In this document: positions 52,052-63,585 of the stretch, one piece after another
How positions within the stretch are numbered: the stretch's first letter is position 1
Layout: each line of letters starts with the position of its first letter
Origin: an uncultured Clostridia bacterium
GTDB taxonomy: Bacteria; Bacillota; Clostridia; Oscillospirales; Acutalibacteraceae
NCBI GenBank assembly: GCA_904420155.1
Contig: CAJFUH010000003.1
Coordinates: 11,475 to 75,474, forward strand
Direction of reading: 5' to 3'
Length of the DNA: 64,000 bases
Notes under the pieces: generated by a model
The model's input: only the letters and a program-made list of their open reading frames with translations
The model's database searches: none
Told to the model about the DNA's origin: nothing
Position numbers and translations under genes: made by a program

Positions 52052-54688
52052 TCATTGCTCCTGCTGATCGGCCTGTTGTAAATTGCGTTCCAGCCATTGC
52101 TGATAGGTAATCAGCACCTGCCGGGGTTTAGAGCCTTCATGAGGCCCTACGATCCCCATCTGCTCCATTTCATCAATTAAACGGCCGGCACGGGCATACC
52201 CCATATGCAGCCTGCGCTGCAATAAGGATGTAGAAGCTTGTCCCGCTTCTACCACACAGCGGATAGCTTCCTTCATCATGGGATCCCCTTCTTCCCCATC
52301 GTCTCCATTTTTGGAACCTTTTCCCTGTTCGGATACTGCGTTTTTCTCTATCTGCTCAATCACCGCCTGGTCATAGCCTGCATTCTGAGCGCTCTTAACA
52401 TAATTCACCACGGATTCGATTTCAGAATCGGTGACAAAACATCCCTGCACCCGCAAAGGTTTGGAAGAGCCGACAGGAGAAAAAAGCATATCGCCCCGTC
52501 CCAGTAATTTTTCCGCCCCTCCCATATCCAAAATAGTGCGCGAATCCACCATGGAAGAAACTGCAAAAGCGATCCTGCTGGGGATGTTGGCTTTAATAAT
52601 ACCGGTAATGACATCCACCGAAGGACGCTGAGTAGCGATAACCAGGTGCATTCCCGCTGCACGGGCCATCTGAGCCAATCGGCAAATGGAATCTTCTACT
52701 TCATTGGGCGCCGCCATCATCAGATCCGCCAGCTCGTCGATAATGATAACGATCTGGGGCATCTTTTCCAGACGGACAGAACCGTCCTCGTTGCGGTTCT
52801 CCTCTTCCGGCAGATTGTCTACCATACGGTTGTAGGCATGCAGATCCCGGACGTTGTGTTCCGCAAAAGTTTTATAGCGGTCCAGCATCTCATGGACCGC
52901 CCAATTGAGCGCCCCCGCCGCTTTGCGGGGATCGGTAACCACTGGAACCAGCAAATGGGGAATTCCATTGTAAATACCCAGTTCTACCACTTTGGGGTCT
53001 ACCATCAAAAATCGTACTTCATCCGGGGTAGACTTATATAATAGGCTGATGATCAGGGAATTGATACATACCGATTTACCGGAACCAGTGGAACCAGCGA
53101 TCAGCACGTGGGGCATTTTGGCCAGATCCGCCAACGTAATATTGCCGGCAATGTCGCGCCCCAACGCCACTGTCAGTCTACTTTTTGCGTGCTCAAATTT
53201 AGAGGAATCCACTAATTCCCGCATTTTAACAACATTTACCGTCTGGTTGGGGACTTCAATTCCCACCGCTGCTTTTCCCGGGATCGGCGCTTCAATACGA
53301 ACACCGGAAGCCGCCAGATTAAGAGCAATATCATCTGCCAAATTGGTAATCCTGCTAATTTTCACCCCTGCCGCCGGCTGTAATTCATAACGGGTTACAG
53401 CGGGGCCTCTGCTGATGTCCACAATTTTTGTTTGTACCCCAAAACTCTTTAAGGTATCCACCAACATCTGCCCGTTAATTTTCAGCTCTTCGGTGATGTC
53501 CTCCTCGTCTATCTGCGGAGAAGGCTCCAGGAGGGAAATAGGCGGGAAGTGATAGCCCGCTCCTTCTACCGGCTCTATCTTGATAGATTCCATAGCAGTT
53601 TCCGGTTCGCTATCCACCGGCTTCAATGGAGAAGTTTTTCTTTGGGTCCGCTTGACAAATGCGGCGGCGGCAGCCGCAGCTCCGCTCTCTTCCTGCGGTG
53701 TCTCCTCAGGAACGGACCGACGCGACGGCGACTTGCGTTCCAGCACAGGCTCCGGCGCGCTCACCGCCTGTTCCAATTGTTCCAACTTTTCATTGCGCTG
53801 GGGAAGTTCGTTCCTTCGTTCTATCTCTCCTTCGGCCTTCCTGGGACGGCCTTCATCCAACGCAATATCGATATTTGGGTTCATTCTCTGGCGCAGCCGG
53901 CGTTGTTCCCGCCGCTGGTCCCTGCGTTCTTCCCGTTCTTCCTTTGTCCCCATAGTCTCTCTGACTACTTCTACCGGTTTGGATACCGCCCGGAACAACT
54001 GGATCAAACTTGTCCCTGTCAAAATCATGATAAAAACAAAAAGCAAAAGGATAATGACAATCTTAGCCCCTATGCTTCCCAATGCAGCTACAAAAGGGAT
54101 TCCCAATAAGCCGCCAAACATCCCTGCTCCTTTGCGTTCCACTCCATCTAAATATTGCCCAATCATCTGCTGCCAATAGGACTGGTCTCGGGGAAGCTCT
54201 GGAACGCTAAAAATATAGACCGCCGCGCAAAACAGTACGATGATTATGATGGATAGGGCGATTTTACTGCTGATGGTATGGATAGGCCGTTCCAAAGCGG
54301 TGACCACTGCCACATAGGTGAGCAAAATAGGCCACAGGATCGAACAGGTGCCAAACATTCCCAACAGCACCGTATGTAAGCTGTTCCAAATGTTTTCTCC
54401 GGATATCAGTACCAGAAAAAACAAAAAGATCGAAAACGCAAACATAATAATCGCAAAGGTCTGATTGCGGGATTTCAGCTGAGCTTCTCTGCGCTGTTGG
54501 GCCGCGCGGGCATTTCTTGCAGCGGGCCTGGCGCTGGAACGGCTGTCGGGCCTTTTGGATGCTTTGCCTCCCGTTGTTCTTGATTTAGCAGCGGATGTGG
54601 ATCTCTTCTGAGGGGAGCTCGCCGTTTTTTTCCCGGCGGGAGGGCGTTTGCTCCCGGTCGTTCTGGTTTTCTGTGCTGGCACAAGCAT
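52052..54688 (-). CDS. ftsK: DNA translocase FtsK/SpoIIIE
   Basis: Basic N-terminal tail, four TM helices, an acidic/Pro-rich linker, motor domain GSTGSGKS, and a C-terminal gamma (winged-helix) domain. Start uncertain: GTG 54715, ATG 54688 or GTG 54682. Confidence 0.93.
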   Translation of the reverse strand: MLVPAQKTRTTGSKRPPAGKKTASSPQKRSTSAAKSRTTGGKASKRPDSRSSARPAARNARAAQQRREAQLKSRNQTFAIIMFAFSIFLFFLVLISGENIWNSLHTVLLGMFGTCSILWPILLTYVAVVTALERPIHTISSKIALSIIIIVLFCAAVYIFSVPELPRDQSYWQQMIGQYLDGVERKGAGMFGGLLGIPFVAALGSIGAKIVIILLLFVFIMILTGTSLIQLFRAVSKPVEVVRETMGTKEEREERRDQRREQRRLRQRMNPNIDIALDEGRPRKAEGEIERRNELPQRNEKLEQLEQAVSAPEPVLERKSPSRRSVPEETPQEESGAAAAAAAFVKRTQRKTSPLKPVDSEPETAMESIKIEPVEGAGYHFPPISLLEPSPQIDEEDITEELKINGQMLVDTLKSFGVQTKIVDISRGPAVTRYELQPAAGVKISRITNLADDIALNLAASGVRIEAPIPGKAAVGIEVPNQTVNVVKMRELVDSSKFEHAKSRLTVALGRDIAGNITLADLAKMPHVLIAGSTGSGKSVCINSLIISLLYKSTPDEVRFLMVDPKVVELGIYNGIPHLLVPVVTDPRKAAGALNWAVHEMLDRYKTFAEHNVRDLHAYNRMVDNLPEEENRNEDGSVRLEKMPQIVIIIDELADLMMAAPNEVEDSICRLAQMARAAGMHLVIATQRPSVDVITGIIKANIPSRIAFAVSSMVDSRTILDMGGAEKLLGRGDMLFSPVGSSKPLRVQGCFVTDSEIESVVNYVKSAQNAGYDQAVIEQIEKNAVSEQGKGSKNGDDGEEGDPMMKEAIRCVVEAGQASTSLLQRRLHMGYARAGRLIDEMEQMGIVGPHEGSKPRQVLITYQQWLERNLQQADQQEQ

Positions 54689-54708
54689 TCCTTCTTTATA
54701 TGTAAGAT

Positions 54709-54731
54709 TTCGCACGCAATAAGCGTGCGAA
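54709..54731 (-). other. perfect 9-bp hairpin at the 5' edge of ftsK
   Basis: TTCGCACGC-AATAA-GCGTGCGAA. No U-tract on the minus strand. It covers the track-predicted GTG start. Confidence 0.4.
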
Positions 54732-54875
54732 GAATAGCAATAGCTGTTTGTTTCTTTTCCTTTTTCCGCTAAAACACTTGTAAGGGTGTCTTAAACTGGC
54801 GCTAAAGCAACGCGCCTTATCGGTACATCAAGCGATCCAGGAAATTGTCCAGAGGGCTTCAGAGGGCACAGAAAA

Positions 54876-55697
54876 TTACGCCTTCTCAGCCGTTTTCTTT
54901 TTCCCTTTTTTAGCGGCAGCCTTTTTATTTTTCGCTTTCGCTTTATCGATCATCTGGTAAAGGCAGCTCATGGCGTCCGATAAACTTCCCAAAGAATCAA
55001 TCAGCCCTTCTTCCACGGCGTCCACCCCATCTAGGATAGTCCCTACATCCATCACCAGCTCTTTGGTATTCATAGCCAACTCGTAGAATCTTTCTGGTGA
55101 AATTTTGGAATTCTCCGATACAAAACGGGTAATTCGTTCCTGCATTCTCTGGAAATATTCTAAAGTCTGCGGCACCCCTACCATGAGCCCACTCATGCGA
55201 ACCGGATGGATGGTCATGGTAGCGGACGGGGCAATAAAGGATTTTTTAGCAGCCACAGCTAACGGCACCCCAATGGAATGCCCTCCTCCTAGTACCATAG
55301 AAACCGTGGGCTTTTTCATGCCGGCCACCAATTCTGCAATCGCCAAACCCGCCTCCACATCGCCGCCCACTGTATTGAGCAAAATAAGCAACCCATCGAT
55401 GGTTGGTTCCTCTTCGATGGCTACCAGTTGGGGAATCACATGCTCATATTTTGTGGTTTTATTTTGAGGGGACAAAATATAGTGCCCCTCTATCTGTCCG
55501 ATGATGGTTAAACAATGGATCGTGTGTTTGCCGTCTCCAGTGATTACCGATCCGGTTTCAATAATTTGATCGGTTTGATGTTCACTTCCCACCCCTTGAT
55601 CTGCATGGGAATCCGTGTCTTTTTCTGTGGTCCGGTGCTCGTGCGGGTTTTCCAGGTATTGACCGGAATAAGGGCTCAGATATCGATACGATTTCAT
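54876..55697 (-). CDS. ClpP-family protein, TepA-like
   Basis: 273 aa. ClpP fold ([25 protein letters not shown]) and a Lys-rich tail. Sits upstream of ftsK, as tepA/ymfB sits before spoIIIE in Bacillus by my recollection. Confidence 0.75.
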   Translation of the reverse strand: MKSYRYLSPYSGQYLENPHEHRTTEKDTDSHADQGVGSEHQTDQIIETGSVITGDGKHTIHCLTIIGQIEGHYILSPQNKTTKYEHVIPQLVAIEEEPTIDGLLILLNTVGGDVEAGLAIAELVAGMKKPTVSMVLGGGHSIGVPLAVAAKKSFIAPSATMTIHPVRMSGLMVGVPQTLEYFQRMQERITRFVSENSKISPERFYELAMNTKELVMDVGTILDGVDAVEEGLIDSLGSLSDAMSCLYQMIDKAKAKNKKAAAKKGKKKTAEKA

Positions 55698-55828
55698 ATT
55701 ATCACGCTCCTAACCTTTAGTTTGTCGGTTTTCATGCGTGATCATACGTATTGATTATAGCATTTTTCCAAGCTATCAGCAAGGAATTTAAATTTTCGTT
55801 AACTTCCCCGCCTTTTCTCGTGAAAAGA

Positions 55829-55857
55829 TTGACAATCTGGCGTGGATATTAGATAAT
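55829..55857 (+). promoter_or_regulatory. promoter for the aconitase-IDH genes
   Basis: TTGACA-17 nt-GATAAT. Predicts a leader of about 190 nt. Confidence 0.65.
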
Positions 55858-56054
55858 AGAAAGTACAATTTTATAGCATCCTTAGCGGCAGTCTTTCGCA
55901 GTACTCTTTTTTTCAGAGTAGTCTTTCTCTGAATTTTACATGGATTTTTCATAAGGGAAGCACGGAGATCTTTAAAAAAGCAAGTCCTGCCGTACCAAGG
56001 GGAAAAGATAGATTGTAACCGCTTTTATGCGGATGAAAGAAAGGGGAACTCAAA

Positions 56055-57989
56055 TTGGGTTACACGTTAGCACAAAAAATCATAAAATCTCATTTGCTCA
56101 GCGGCGAAATGACAGTGGGCAGTGAGATAGGCCTGAGGATTGATCAGACTTTGACACAGGACGCTACCGGCACCATGGCTTATCTGGAATTTGAAGCAAT
56201 GGGCGTGCCTAGGGTAAAAACCGAACGTTCCGTAGCCTATATCGATCACAACACCTTACAGACCGGCTTTGAAAACGCTGACGACCATCGATTCATCCAA
56301 ACGGTGGCCAAAAAACATGGTATTTATTATTCCCGTCCCGGCAATGGCATTTGCCACCAGGTTCACTTGGAGCGCTTCGGCATCCCTGGCAAAACCTTGA
56401 TTGGTTCGGACAGCCATACCCCTACCGGCGGCGGTATCGGTATGCTGGCTATGGGCGCAGGCGGATTGGATGTGGCGGTAGCCATGGGCGGCGGAGCTTA
56501 TTATATTTCTATGCCTAAAATGGTGCGCATCAACCTCACCGGCAAACTGCGTCCCTGGGTATCCGCCAAAGATATTATTCTGGAAGTATTGCGCCGCATG
56601 ACCGTAAAAGGCGGCGTAGGCAAAATCATTGAATATGGCGGAGAAGGCGTAAAGACCTTAAGTGTCCCGGAACGCGCCACTATCACTAACATGGGCGCTG
56701 AGTTGGGCGCTACCACCTCTATCTTCCCTTCCGATGAGATCACCCGTTCCTTCCTGCAAGCCCAGGGACGTGAACAGGATTGGGTGGAGCTCCTCCCGGA
56801 TGCCGATGCCCAATACGACGAGATTCTGGAAATCGACCTCTCCTCTTTGAAACCCATGGCCGCTTGTCCTCACAGCCCGGACGCCGTCAAAACCATCCAA
56901 GAGATTGGCCCTCAAAAGGTAGATCAGGTATGTATTGGTTCCTGCACCAACTCCTCTTACCTGGATCTCATGCGTGTAGCCGCTATCTTGAAAGGGAAAA
57001 CAGTCTGTGAAACCGTCAGCTTATCCATTGCTCCCGGTTCCAAACAAGTATACAATATGTTGGCCCAAAACGGCGCTTTGGCTGACCTGATCGCTGCCGG
57101 CGCCCGTATTTTGGAATGCGCTTGCGGTCCCTGCATCGGCATGGGGCAATCCCCCAACTCTAAGGGTGTTTCTCTACGCACCTTCAACCGCAACTTCGAA
57201 GGCCGTTCCGGTACCGCTGACGCGCAGGTTTATTTGGTCAGCCCGGAAACCGCCGCGGCCTCTGCTTTGACCGGCGTGTTTACCGATCCCACTACACTGG
57301 GTGATCCCGTGGATATCGAACTGCCCAGCCATTTCCTTATCAACGACAATATGGTCGTGCCTCCGGCACCGGTGGAAGAGATGGATCAAGTAGAAATCCT
57401 GCGGGGTCCAAACATTAAGCCTTTCCCCACCACGGAGCCGATGGAAGACGTTGTTTCTGCCAAAACCCTGTTGAAAGTTGGAGACAACATCACAACAGAC
57501 CATATCATGCCCGCAGGCGCTAAAATCCTCCCGTATCGTTCCAACATTCCTTACTTGTCCAACTTCTGTTTCGGCGTATGCGACAAGGAATTCCCGGAGC
57601 GCTGCCGCAAGGAAGGCAAGGGAATCGTAGTAGGAGGCTCTAATTACGGACAAGGTTCTTCCCGTGAGCATGCCGCCCTGGTTCCGCTGTATCTGGGGAT
57701 CAAAGCGGTTATCGCCAAATCCTTTGCCCGTATTCACTGTGCCAACTTGGCCAACGCTGGTATTCTTCCTTTGGTGTTCCTGGATGAAAGCGTATATGAC
57801 CGTATTGATCAAATGGATGAACTGGAGATTGCCAACGCCCGTGAAGCCATCGCCAATGGCGGTCCGATTACCGTCGAAAATAAGACGAAGGGCTTTACTT
57901 TCCAAGTAGAGGCTATTCTGTCTCAGCGCCAGCGTGACATTGTCCTGGCGGGCGGCTTGCTGAATTATACCAGAGAGCAAAACCAATAA
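56055..57989 (+). CDS. aconitate hydratase (about 640-aa short form)
   Basis: 644 aa. TTG start after AAAGGGGA. Contains [14 protein letters not shown] and CGPCIG cluster-ligand motifs. Confidence 0.93.
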   Translation: MGYTLAQKIIKSHLLSGEMTVGSEIGLRIDQTLTQDATGTMAYLEFEAMGVPRVKTERSVAYIDHNTLQTGFENADDHRFIQTVAKKHGIYYSRPGNGICHQVHLERFGIPGKTLIGSDSHTPTGGGIGMLAMGAGGLDVAVAMGGGAYYISMPKMVRINLTGKLRPWVSAKDIILEVLRRMTVKGGVGKIIEYGGEGVKTLSVPERATITNMGAELGATTSIFPSDEITRSFLQAQGREQDWVELLPDADAQYDEILEIDLSSLKPMAACPHSPDAVKTIQEIGPQKVDQVCIGSCTNSSYLDLMRVAAILKGKTVCETVSLSIAPGSKQVYNMLAQNGALADLIAAGARILECACGPCIGMGQSPNSKGVSLRTFNRNFEGRSGTADAQVYLVSPETAAASALTGVFTDPTTLGDPVDIELPSHFLINDNMVVPPAPVEEMDQVEILRGPNIKPFPTTEPMEDVVSAKTLLKVGDNITTDHIMPAGAKILPYRSNIPYLSNFCFGVCDKEFPERCRKEGKGIVVGGSNYGQGSSREHAALVPLYLGIKAVIAKSFARIHCANLANAGILPLVFLDESVYDRIDQMDELEIANAREAIANGGPITVENKTKGFTFQVEAILSQRQRDIVLAGGLLNYTREQNQ

Positions 57990-58063
57990 TTTATGGCAAT
58001 CACCTCCGGGACCCGTTTGGGATGGGTCCCGGATATCCTATTTTAAACGGAGGTATTCTCATG

Positions 58064-59272
58064 GCTGATAAAATCAAAATGACCACTCCTTTGGTGGAGA
58101 TGGATGGAGATGAAATGACCCGTATCATCTGGAAAATGATTAAGGATATCCTGCTGACCCCTTATATAGATTTAAAGACAGAATATTATGATTTGGGGCT
58201 TCAGCACCGCGATGATACCAATGACCAGGTGACGTTTGATTCCGCCAATGCCACCAAAAAATATGGCGTTGCCGTCAAATGCGCCACCATCACCCCCAAC
58301 GCCGACCGTGTAAAGGAATATAACCTCAAGGAGATGTGGAAATCGCCCAATGGTACTATCCGCGCTATCCTGGATGGAACGGTATTCCGTACCCCCATTG
58401 TGGTAAAAGGCATCACCCCCTTTATTTCCACTTGGAAAAAGCCCATTACCATCGCCCGTCACGCCTATGGCGACGTTTACAAGAATACTGAAATGCAGGT
58501 TTCCGCTGGCAGCAAAGCGGAATTGGTGGTGACCGACGCGCAAGGAAAAGAGACCCGTTCTCTGATCCATGATTTTACCGGCGACGGCATTGTACAAGGC
58601 TTGCATAATACCGATGCTTCCATCTCCAGCTTTGCCCGCGCCTGCTTTAACTATGCCCTGGATCTGAAACAGGATCTGTGGTTTGCCACCAAAGATACTA
58701 TTTCCAAAAAATATGACCATCGGTTTAAGGATATTTTCCGTGAGATCTATGACGCAGAATATAAAGAAAAGTTCGAGGCAGCCGGTATTGAATATTTCTA
58801 TACGCTGATCGACGATGCGGTAGCCCGTGTGATCCGTTCGGAAGGTGGATATATTTGGGCCTGCAAAAACTACGACGGCGACGTGATGTCCGATATGGTG
58901 GCTACCGCTTTTGGCAGCCTGGCGATGATGACTTCCGTTCTGGTTTCCCCGGACGGCACTTATGAGTATGAAGCTGCCCACGGCACGGTACAGCGCCATT
59001 ATTATAAGCACCTCAAAGGGGAAAAGACCTCTACCAACTCCATGGCTACCTTATTTGCCTGGACCGGCGCCCTGCGCAAGAGAGGTGAACTGGATCATAT
59101 TCCAGAACTAGTGGACTTTGCTAACAAACTGGAGCAGGCCTCCATCCAGACCATCGAGGATGGTGTAATGACCGGCGATTTGTATTTACTTTCCACTTTG
59201 GAAAATAAAACCAAGGTGGACACGGAAACTTTCCTACATGAGATTAACAACCGTCTGGTAAAATTACTGTAA
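58064..59272 (+). CDS. icd: NADP-dependent isocitrate dehydrogenase (eukaryotic-like, about 400-aa type)
   Basis: [24 protein letters not shown] start after GGAGG. Contains [14 protein letters not shown] and [10 protein letters not shown]. Confidence 0.93.
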   Translation, partial: ADKIKMTTPLVEMDGDEMTRIIWKMIKDILLTPYIDLKTEYYDLGLQHRDDTNDQVTFDSANATKKYGVAVKCATITPNADRVKEYNLKEMWKSPNGTIRAILDGTVFRTPIVVKGITPFISTWKKPITIARHAYGDVYKNTEMQVSAGSKAELVVTDAQGKETRSLIHDFTGDGIVQGLHNTDASISSFARACFNYALDLKQDLWFATKDTISKKYDHRFKDIFREIYDAEYKEKFEAAGIEYFYTLIDDAVARVIRSEGGYIWACKNYDGDVMSDMVATAFGSLAMMTSVLVSPDGTYEYEAAHGTVQRHYYKHLKGEKTSTNSMATLFAWTGALRKRGELDHIPELVDFANKLEQASIQTIEDGVMTGDLYLLSTLENKTKVDTETFLHEINNRLVKLL

Positions 59273-59290
59273 ACAAACCTAATTTCCCTG

Positions 59291-59326
59291 CGACACGTTG
59301 CCGCCCATGTGGCAACGTGTCGTTTT
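59291..59326 (+). terminator. terminator after icd
   Basis: CGACACGTTGCC-8 nt-GGCAACGTGTCG followed by TTTT. Confidence 0.8.
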
Positions 59327-59380
59327 CTCCAAAAGGTTAGAACTCCCTAATTGAGAAACCTGAGAGGAGGTCAATCCTAT

Positions 59381-60034
59381 ATGCCAAAACGTGATAATAT
59401 TTCGATGTCTGTTATCCGCAGGCTTCCCCGCTACTACCGCTTTCTGTCCGATTTGATGCAAAATCATGTATCTCGGATTTCTTCTAGGGAACTCTCGGAT
59501 AAAATGGGGCTAACCGCTTCTCAGATCCGGCAAGATCTCAACTGTTTCGGCGGTTTTGGCCAGCAGGGATATGGATACATGGTAGAACAGCTCCATCGGG
59601 AAATCGGAAATATTTTGGGGCTTTCTCAAAATCATCAATGTATCTTAATCGGCGCCGGCAATTTGGGTCGAGCTGTTGCTACCCATATGTCTTTTGAAGC
59701 GCGCGGTTTTTCCCTCATTGGTATTTTTGATCAAAATCAAAAACTTATCGGCACCAGTATCCGAGGGATCCCTGTACAGGATATCAGCCATTTAGAGGAT
59801 TTCTGCAAAAAAAACAAACCCAATATGGCGATCCTCTGTGTACCAAGGGATTCCGTGGCCGCACTGGCGGACCGTTTATATTCACTGGGTATCCGGAACT
59901 ATTGGAATTTCAGTCATTACGACCTGGCTATCAAATTTCCGGACGTCATTGTGGAAAACGTCCATTTAAGCGATAGCCTGATGACCCTGTGCTATCGGAT
60001 TTCCGAACATAACCTGGAAAAGGGATCCCCTTAA
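59381..60034 (+). CDS. rex: redox-sensing transcriptional repressor Rex
   Basis: MPKRDNISMSVIRRLPRYYR start after GAGGAGG. Rossmann motif GAGNLGRA. Confidence 0.93.
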   Translation: MPKRDNISMSVIRRLPRYYRFLSDLMQNHVSRISSRELSDKMGLTASQIRQDLNCFGGFGQQGYGYMVEQLHREIGNILGLSQNHQCILIGAGNLGRAVATHMSFEARGFSLIGIFDQNQKLIGTSIRGIPVQDISHLEDFCKKNKPNMAILCVPRDSVAALADRLYSLGIRNYWNFSHYDLAIKFPDVIVENVHLSDSLMTLCYRISEHNLEKGSP

Positions 60035-60046
60035 TTTCCAGCAGAT

Positions 60047-60094
60047 AAAAAGGCCGTTGTTCGCTCTTTGTAAAAAGAGTAACAGCGGCCTTTT
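60047..60094. terminator. bidirectional terminator between rex and spoIVA
   Basis: AAAGGCCG...CGGCCTTT outer stem with an imperfect inner stem. A- and T-tracts flank it. Confidence 0.6.
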
Positions 60095-60099
60095 CGGGC

Positions 60100-61575
60100 T
60101 TATAAAATAATGCAGATCAGGCCATTGCAACCTTCGTTGATGATGCGTTCAATGGTCTCTTTGATTTTATTGCGGGCGTCTTCCGGCATCCGGTATAGTT
60201 TATTATGCAGCCCTTCATTGACCAATTCATGCAGGGATTTGCCGAAAATATTGGATTCCCAAATTTGCGCAGGATTTTCCTCAAATTCCGTCAGCAGGTA
60301 GTGTACCAGCTCTTCCGACTGCTGTTCCGAACCCACAATCGGAGTAACTTCTGTAGTAATCTTTGTTCTCATCATGTGGATGGATGGAGCCCCTGCTTTG
60401 AGCCGGATCCCGAATTTTCCGCTTTGCTTGATAATTTCCGGTTCTTCCAGAGTCAGCTCGTCGATATCCGGCATAACAATACCGTATCCTGTCTCCATGA
60501 CATCCTGATATGCCGCGCTGATCTTATCATATTTTTTCTTCATCTGGGCCAGCTCCAGCATACAATCCAGCAGCCCGCCTTCATCTTCGATTTCAATCCC
60601 AGTCTTTTCTCCCAGCACTTTATAAAACAGGTTCTGGCGAAGCTTTATGGAAATACGGGCGCATCCCACTCCCAGATCTACTGAAATGGTATTAGCTTCT
60701 GTGACATATTCGCACTGACTGATTTCTTCGGTAATCGAGGAAATCTGTCCTATTTTGGTGACTTTCTGAGCGGCAGTATGGATTGCCGCATAGACAGCAC
60801 AGCGAAGCCAATGATCCCGCTCCAGGGTAGCAATCCAGTGGGGCATTTCCATACGGACTTCCTTGATGGGGAACTCAAACAGCACGCTTGCTAAAATACG
60901 TTTGATTTCCGTCTCATCTAAGTCCATGCAACTTACCGGTACAACGGGTACTCCGTATTTCTGGTTCATCTGGGCTGCCAATGCCTGTGTCTCCTCAGCC
61001 ATGGGGAACACACTATTGAGCAAAACCACAAAAGGCTTTTTAATCTCCTTCAGTTCATTGATAACCCTTTCTTCCGCCTCCTCATATTCCTCCCGGGGAA
61101 GATCTGTGATACTGCCGTCTGTGGTCACAACTAGCCCAATAGTGGAGTGGTCTGTAATCACTTTTTTTGTCCCTATTTCCGCCGCCATGTTAAAGGGGAT
61201 GGGATCCTCAAACCAAGGGGTCTGCACCATACGGGGCATTTCGTCTTCGATATACCCCAACGCGCTGGGGACAATATATCCCACGCAGTCGATCATACGC
61301 ACCCGGAATGTGGCATGATCCCCTACATTGACCTGAACCGCCTCTTCCGGGATAAACTTAGGTTCTGTGGTCATAATAGTGCGTCCAGCAGCTGACTGGG
61401 GTAATTCATCTACAGCTCGGTTTTGCGCATTGCCATCAATATTGGGAATAACCAAGGTATCCATAAATCGTTTGATAAAGGTGGATTTTCCAGTGCGCAC
61501 CGGGCCTACCACCCCTATGTAAATATCGCCGTTGGTCCGTTGGGAGATATCTTGATAAATGTTCCGTTCTTCCAT
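60100..61575 (-). CDS. spoIVA: stage IV sporulation protein A
   Basis: 491 aa with IYIGVVGPVRTGKSTFIKRFM Walker A and a highly conserved SpoIVA layout. Confidence 0.97.
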   Translation of the reverse strand: MEERNIYQDISQRTNGDIYIGVVGPVRTGKSTFIKRFMDTLVIPNIDGNAQNRAVDELPQSAAGRTIMTTEPKFIPEEAVQVNVGDHATFRVRMIDCVGYIVPSALGYIEDEMPRMVQTPWFEDPIPFNMAAEIGTKKVITDHSTIGLVVTTDGSITDLPREEYEEAEERVINELKEIKKPFVVLLNSVFPMAEETQALAAQMNQKYGVPVVPVSCMDLDETEIKRILASVLFEFPIKEVRMEMPHWIATLERDHWLRCAVYAAIHTAAQKVTKIGQISSITEEISQCEYVTEANTISVDLGVGCARISIKLRQNLFYKVLGEKTGIEIEDEGGLLDCMLELAQMKKKYDKISAAYQDVMETGYGIVMPDIDELTLEEPEIIKQSGKFGIRLKAGAPSIHMMRTKITTEVTPIVGSEQQSEELVHYLLTEFEENPAQIWESNIFGKSLHELVNEGLHNKLYRMPEDARNKIKETIERIINEGCNGLICIIL

Positions 61576-61711
61576 CTCTTAGCCGCCCATTTCTCCACGC
61601 GAGATAAAATTTTTTATAACCAACCGTATTTGCGTGGTAAATAACGGCGGCTTTTCTTTTGATATAGAAAGGGATCTGTTCTCTTGTCAATGGATTCTTA
61701 AAAATATTGCG

Positions 61712-63286
61712 TTACGACACGGGAATTAAAAGCATACTTTTATTTGGAATTTCTTCTTCAGTAATATCATTTTCCTGCTGGATAGCCTCCACAGAGGTAC
61801 AATAGCGGCGGGCAATGTCCCATATTTTTTCCCCTTCATCAGCATAGTATAAAATAAGGGAAGCAGAACTATCTTTAGCCCGCGGCTTACTTTCATCCGC
61901 TGAGACATAACATACGGCCCTGCAAGTCCTCCGAGAATGAATCACAGCAGATAAGCCCAATTCCGCCCTCACTTCAATGCCGTTGGCCCCTGTAATCCGG
62001 TAACTAAGGGAAACCACCGTCATAGAAGAATCACAAGTTACAGAGTCCGGTTTTCCCGTCCAATCGTGGGCATATTCAAAGTCAATCATTTTTTCGGTAT
62101 AAATAGGTTCTCCGTCACTTCCAATCGCCAGGATACAGGCGTTATATTTTCCCTTGAACAAAATCTGCCCATTTTCCTGCTGCGCTGTAATAGAGCTGAT
62201 TTCATTCCATACATCGATCACCCTGGTAATATTGACGCCCACATCTACTGTATTTTTATGGATATAGGAATCCTTTATGGATTCTAACAGACGGTCGAAA
62301 TCCAGGTTCTGATAATCTAAGTTCAAATCATATTCTGTGGAATATGCATCGGTCACAATCTGAATTTCCGTATCCGTATAAGCAATCACACTGGCCGCCA
62401 ATTTGATATCCACCGCCAATAGGGAATCTTCCCCGGAACTGTCGGTCCTTATCTGTACTTCATATCCCAGTACTTCCATTTTGGCATCACACATACTGGT
62501 TTCATCCACACCGTCTGCATCTACAATCTGGCTGACCGGTACGGAATATTCCATGGTCTCTAGTTCGCCCTCTTCCAGATTGCCCACATACAGAATCTTA
62601 AGCAGTACTTCCCCCTTGAGGATCATCTTATTTGCCACAGTTTTGGTATCCTGCACCAGCGCGGTGACATCCGTACGGATTACGCTTTCCGCCTCCGGTT
62701 TCCCCTGCCCAATTTCCAATACTTCACTCACAGAAAACACCTGTTGTGCGGTGCTCACTACCCGGCTGGCTGAAATGCTTTGCTTTTTTTGTTGAATTCC
62801 TTTTTCTGGAATATCATAAACGATTGCTTGGTTGGTTTTGCTGACTACTTTGGCACAAATGGAAAACGCCCCATGAATATCCAGCTTGCGTGGGCTGACC
62901 GCCCGACAATTGATATAATCTACTCTCGCCTTAGTAAATACCACTGGATTTTGGGGAGTATCCTTTAGATGAAAAGAAATAGAAAAAGGGTCGGAATGTT
63001 CGCAACAGCGCACTTTTCTTTTTTCTTCATCCAAATAAAGCAATTTTACATTGGATATCCCTTCTACTTCCAAGCGGTCCCCCGATATATTCCGCATGGT
63101 AATCCGTGGATATACCTGGCACTTTAAAATACGTTGGATGTCCGGACAGTAATCCGGTAAACTAAAATCCAAATCTACCGGCTGCTCCTGGCATTCCTCG
63201 AAAACGGTTTTTCCGATTGCGAGTTCCTCCTGGCTGACATTATAATCCATAAAGGTGATCTCTCCTTTTTGTTTTTCTGATTTCAT
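61712..63286 (-). CDS. DUF3794-repeat protein with C-terminal LysM domain (SipL/SpoVID-like coat morphogenetic protein candidate)
   Basis: 524 aa. C-terminal LysM (ILYYADEGEKIWDIARRYCTSVEAIQQENDI...LLIPV). Same architecture as C. difficile SipL by recollection. Directly upstream of spoIVA. Confidence 0.7.
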   Translation of the reverse strand: MKSEKQKGEITFMDYNVSQEELAIGKTVFEECQEQPVDLDFSLPDYCPDIQRILKCQVYPRITMRNISGDRLEVEGISNVKLLYLDEEKRKVRCCEHSDPFSISFHLKDTPQNPVVFTKARVDYINCRAVSPRKLDIHGAFSICAKVVSKTNQAIVYDIPEKGIQQKKQSISASRVVSTAQQVFSVSEVLEIGQGKPEAESVIRTDVTALVQDTKTVANKMILKGEVLLKILYVGNLEEGELETMEYSVPVSQIVDADGVDETSMCDAKMEVLGYEVQIRTDSSGEDSLLAVDIKLAASVIAYTDTEIQIVTDAYSTEYDLNLDYQNLDFDRLLESIKDSYIHKNTVDVGVNITRVIDVWNEISSITAQQENGQILFKGKYNACILAIGSDGEPIYTEKMIDFEYAHDWTGKPDSVTCDSSMTVVSLSYRITGANGIEVRAELGLSAVIHSRRTCRAVCYVSADESKPRAKDSSASLILYYADEGEKIWDIARRYCTSVEAIQQENDITEEEIPNKSMLLIPVS

Positions 63287-63429
63287 GTGTATTCCAGCGC
63301 TGTCCTATTTATACCTTCTTTGAAAAAATCTATGTATGTTATCCGCAACAATTCTAAAAATTTTTTATCTTCTTGACCTCCATAAACCCTTCTTTTCCCT
63401 CCGGTCAACCTTTTTCCTTACACCCGGAT

Positions 63430-63464
63430 AAAAAGAAGAACCGGCCGTTAACGGCCGGTTCTTC
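63430..63464 (-). terminator. terminator after spoVM
   Basis: GAAGAACCGGCC-6 nt-GGCCGGTTCTTC followed by T5 on the minus strand, 14 nt after the spoVM stop. Confidence 0.85.
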
Positions 63465-63477
63465 TTCTACCATCGCT

Positions 63478-63564
63478 CTATTGAATGACTTCTTTTTTAA
63501 TTCCAAAAATTTTTCTTAGGAAAAAACCAAGCATTTTGGGGCTCTTAACAACAACAACTTTCAT
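63478..63564 (-). CDS. spoVM: stage V sporulation protein M (28 aa)
   Basis: Hand-found; below the ORF-track cutoff. MKVVVVKSPKMLGFFLRKIFGIKKEVIQ matches B. subtilis SpoVM (MKFYTIKLPKFLGGIVRAMLGSFRKD) at K2, K7, P9, K10, L12, G13, R17 and G21. AGGAGG lies 8 nt upstream. Confidence 0.85.
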   Translation of the reverse strand: MKVVVVKSPKMLGFFLRKIFGIKKEVIQ

Positions 63565-63585
63565 AACATAGGCCTCCTGTTCTAA

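Noticed and set aside
54848-54858. TCCAGAGGGCT, resembling the PyrR binding loop UCCAGAGAGGCU
   Set aside because: One base is missing from the conserved core. The motif is on the plus strand, where nothing is transcribed in that direction, and it is not upstream of any pyr or uracil gene. The real uracil permease 5' region (17818-17995) has no such motif.
57174-59011. Long antisense ORFs opposite aconitase (57174-57986, 270 aa) and IDH (58172-59011, 279 aa). Similar ones lie opposite purD (5602-6348), purF (10974-11582), groEL (14542-15198, 15211-15759), the permease (17096-17797), relA (35810-36469) and ftsK (53549-54179).
   Set aside because: Each lies fully inside a gene whose translation is an unmistakable conserved protein. 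The antisense translations are low-complexity, Arg/Ser/Leu-rich and match no family I recognise. Shadow ORFs of this kind are expected at this GC content.
61576-61711. Sigma-E promoter for spoIVA in the SipL-like/spoIVA spacer
   Set aside because: I looked for ATA-N-CATACA-T. Only weak partial matches (CAAATACGG) appear, with wrong spacing, so I cannot support a call from sequence alone.
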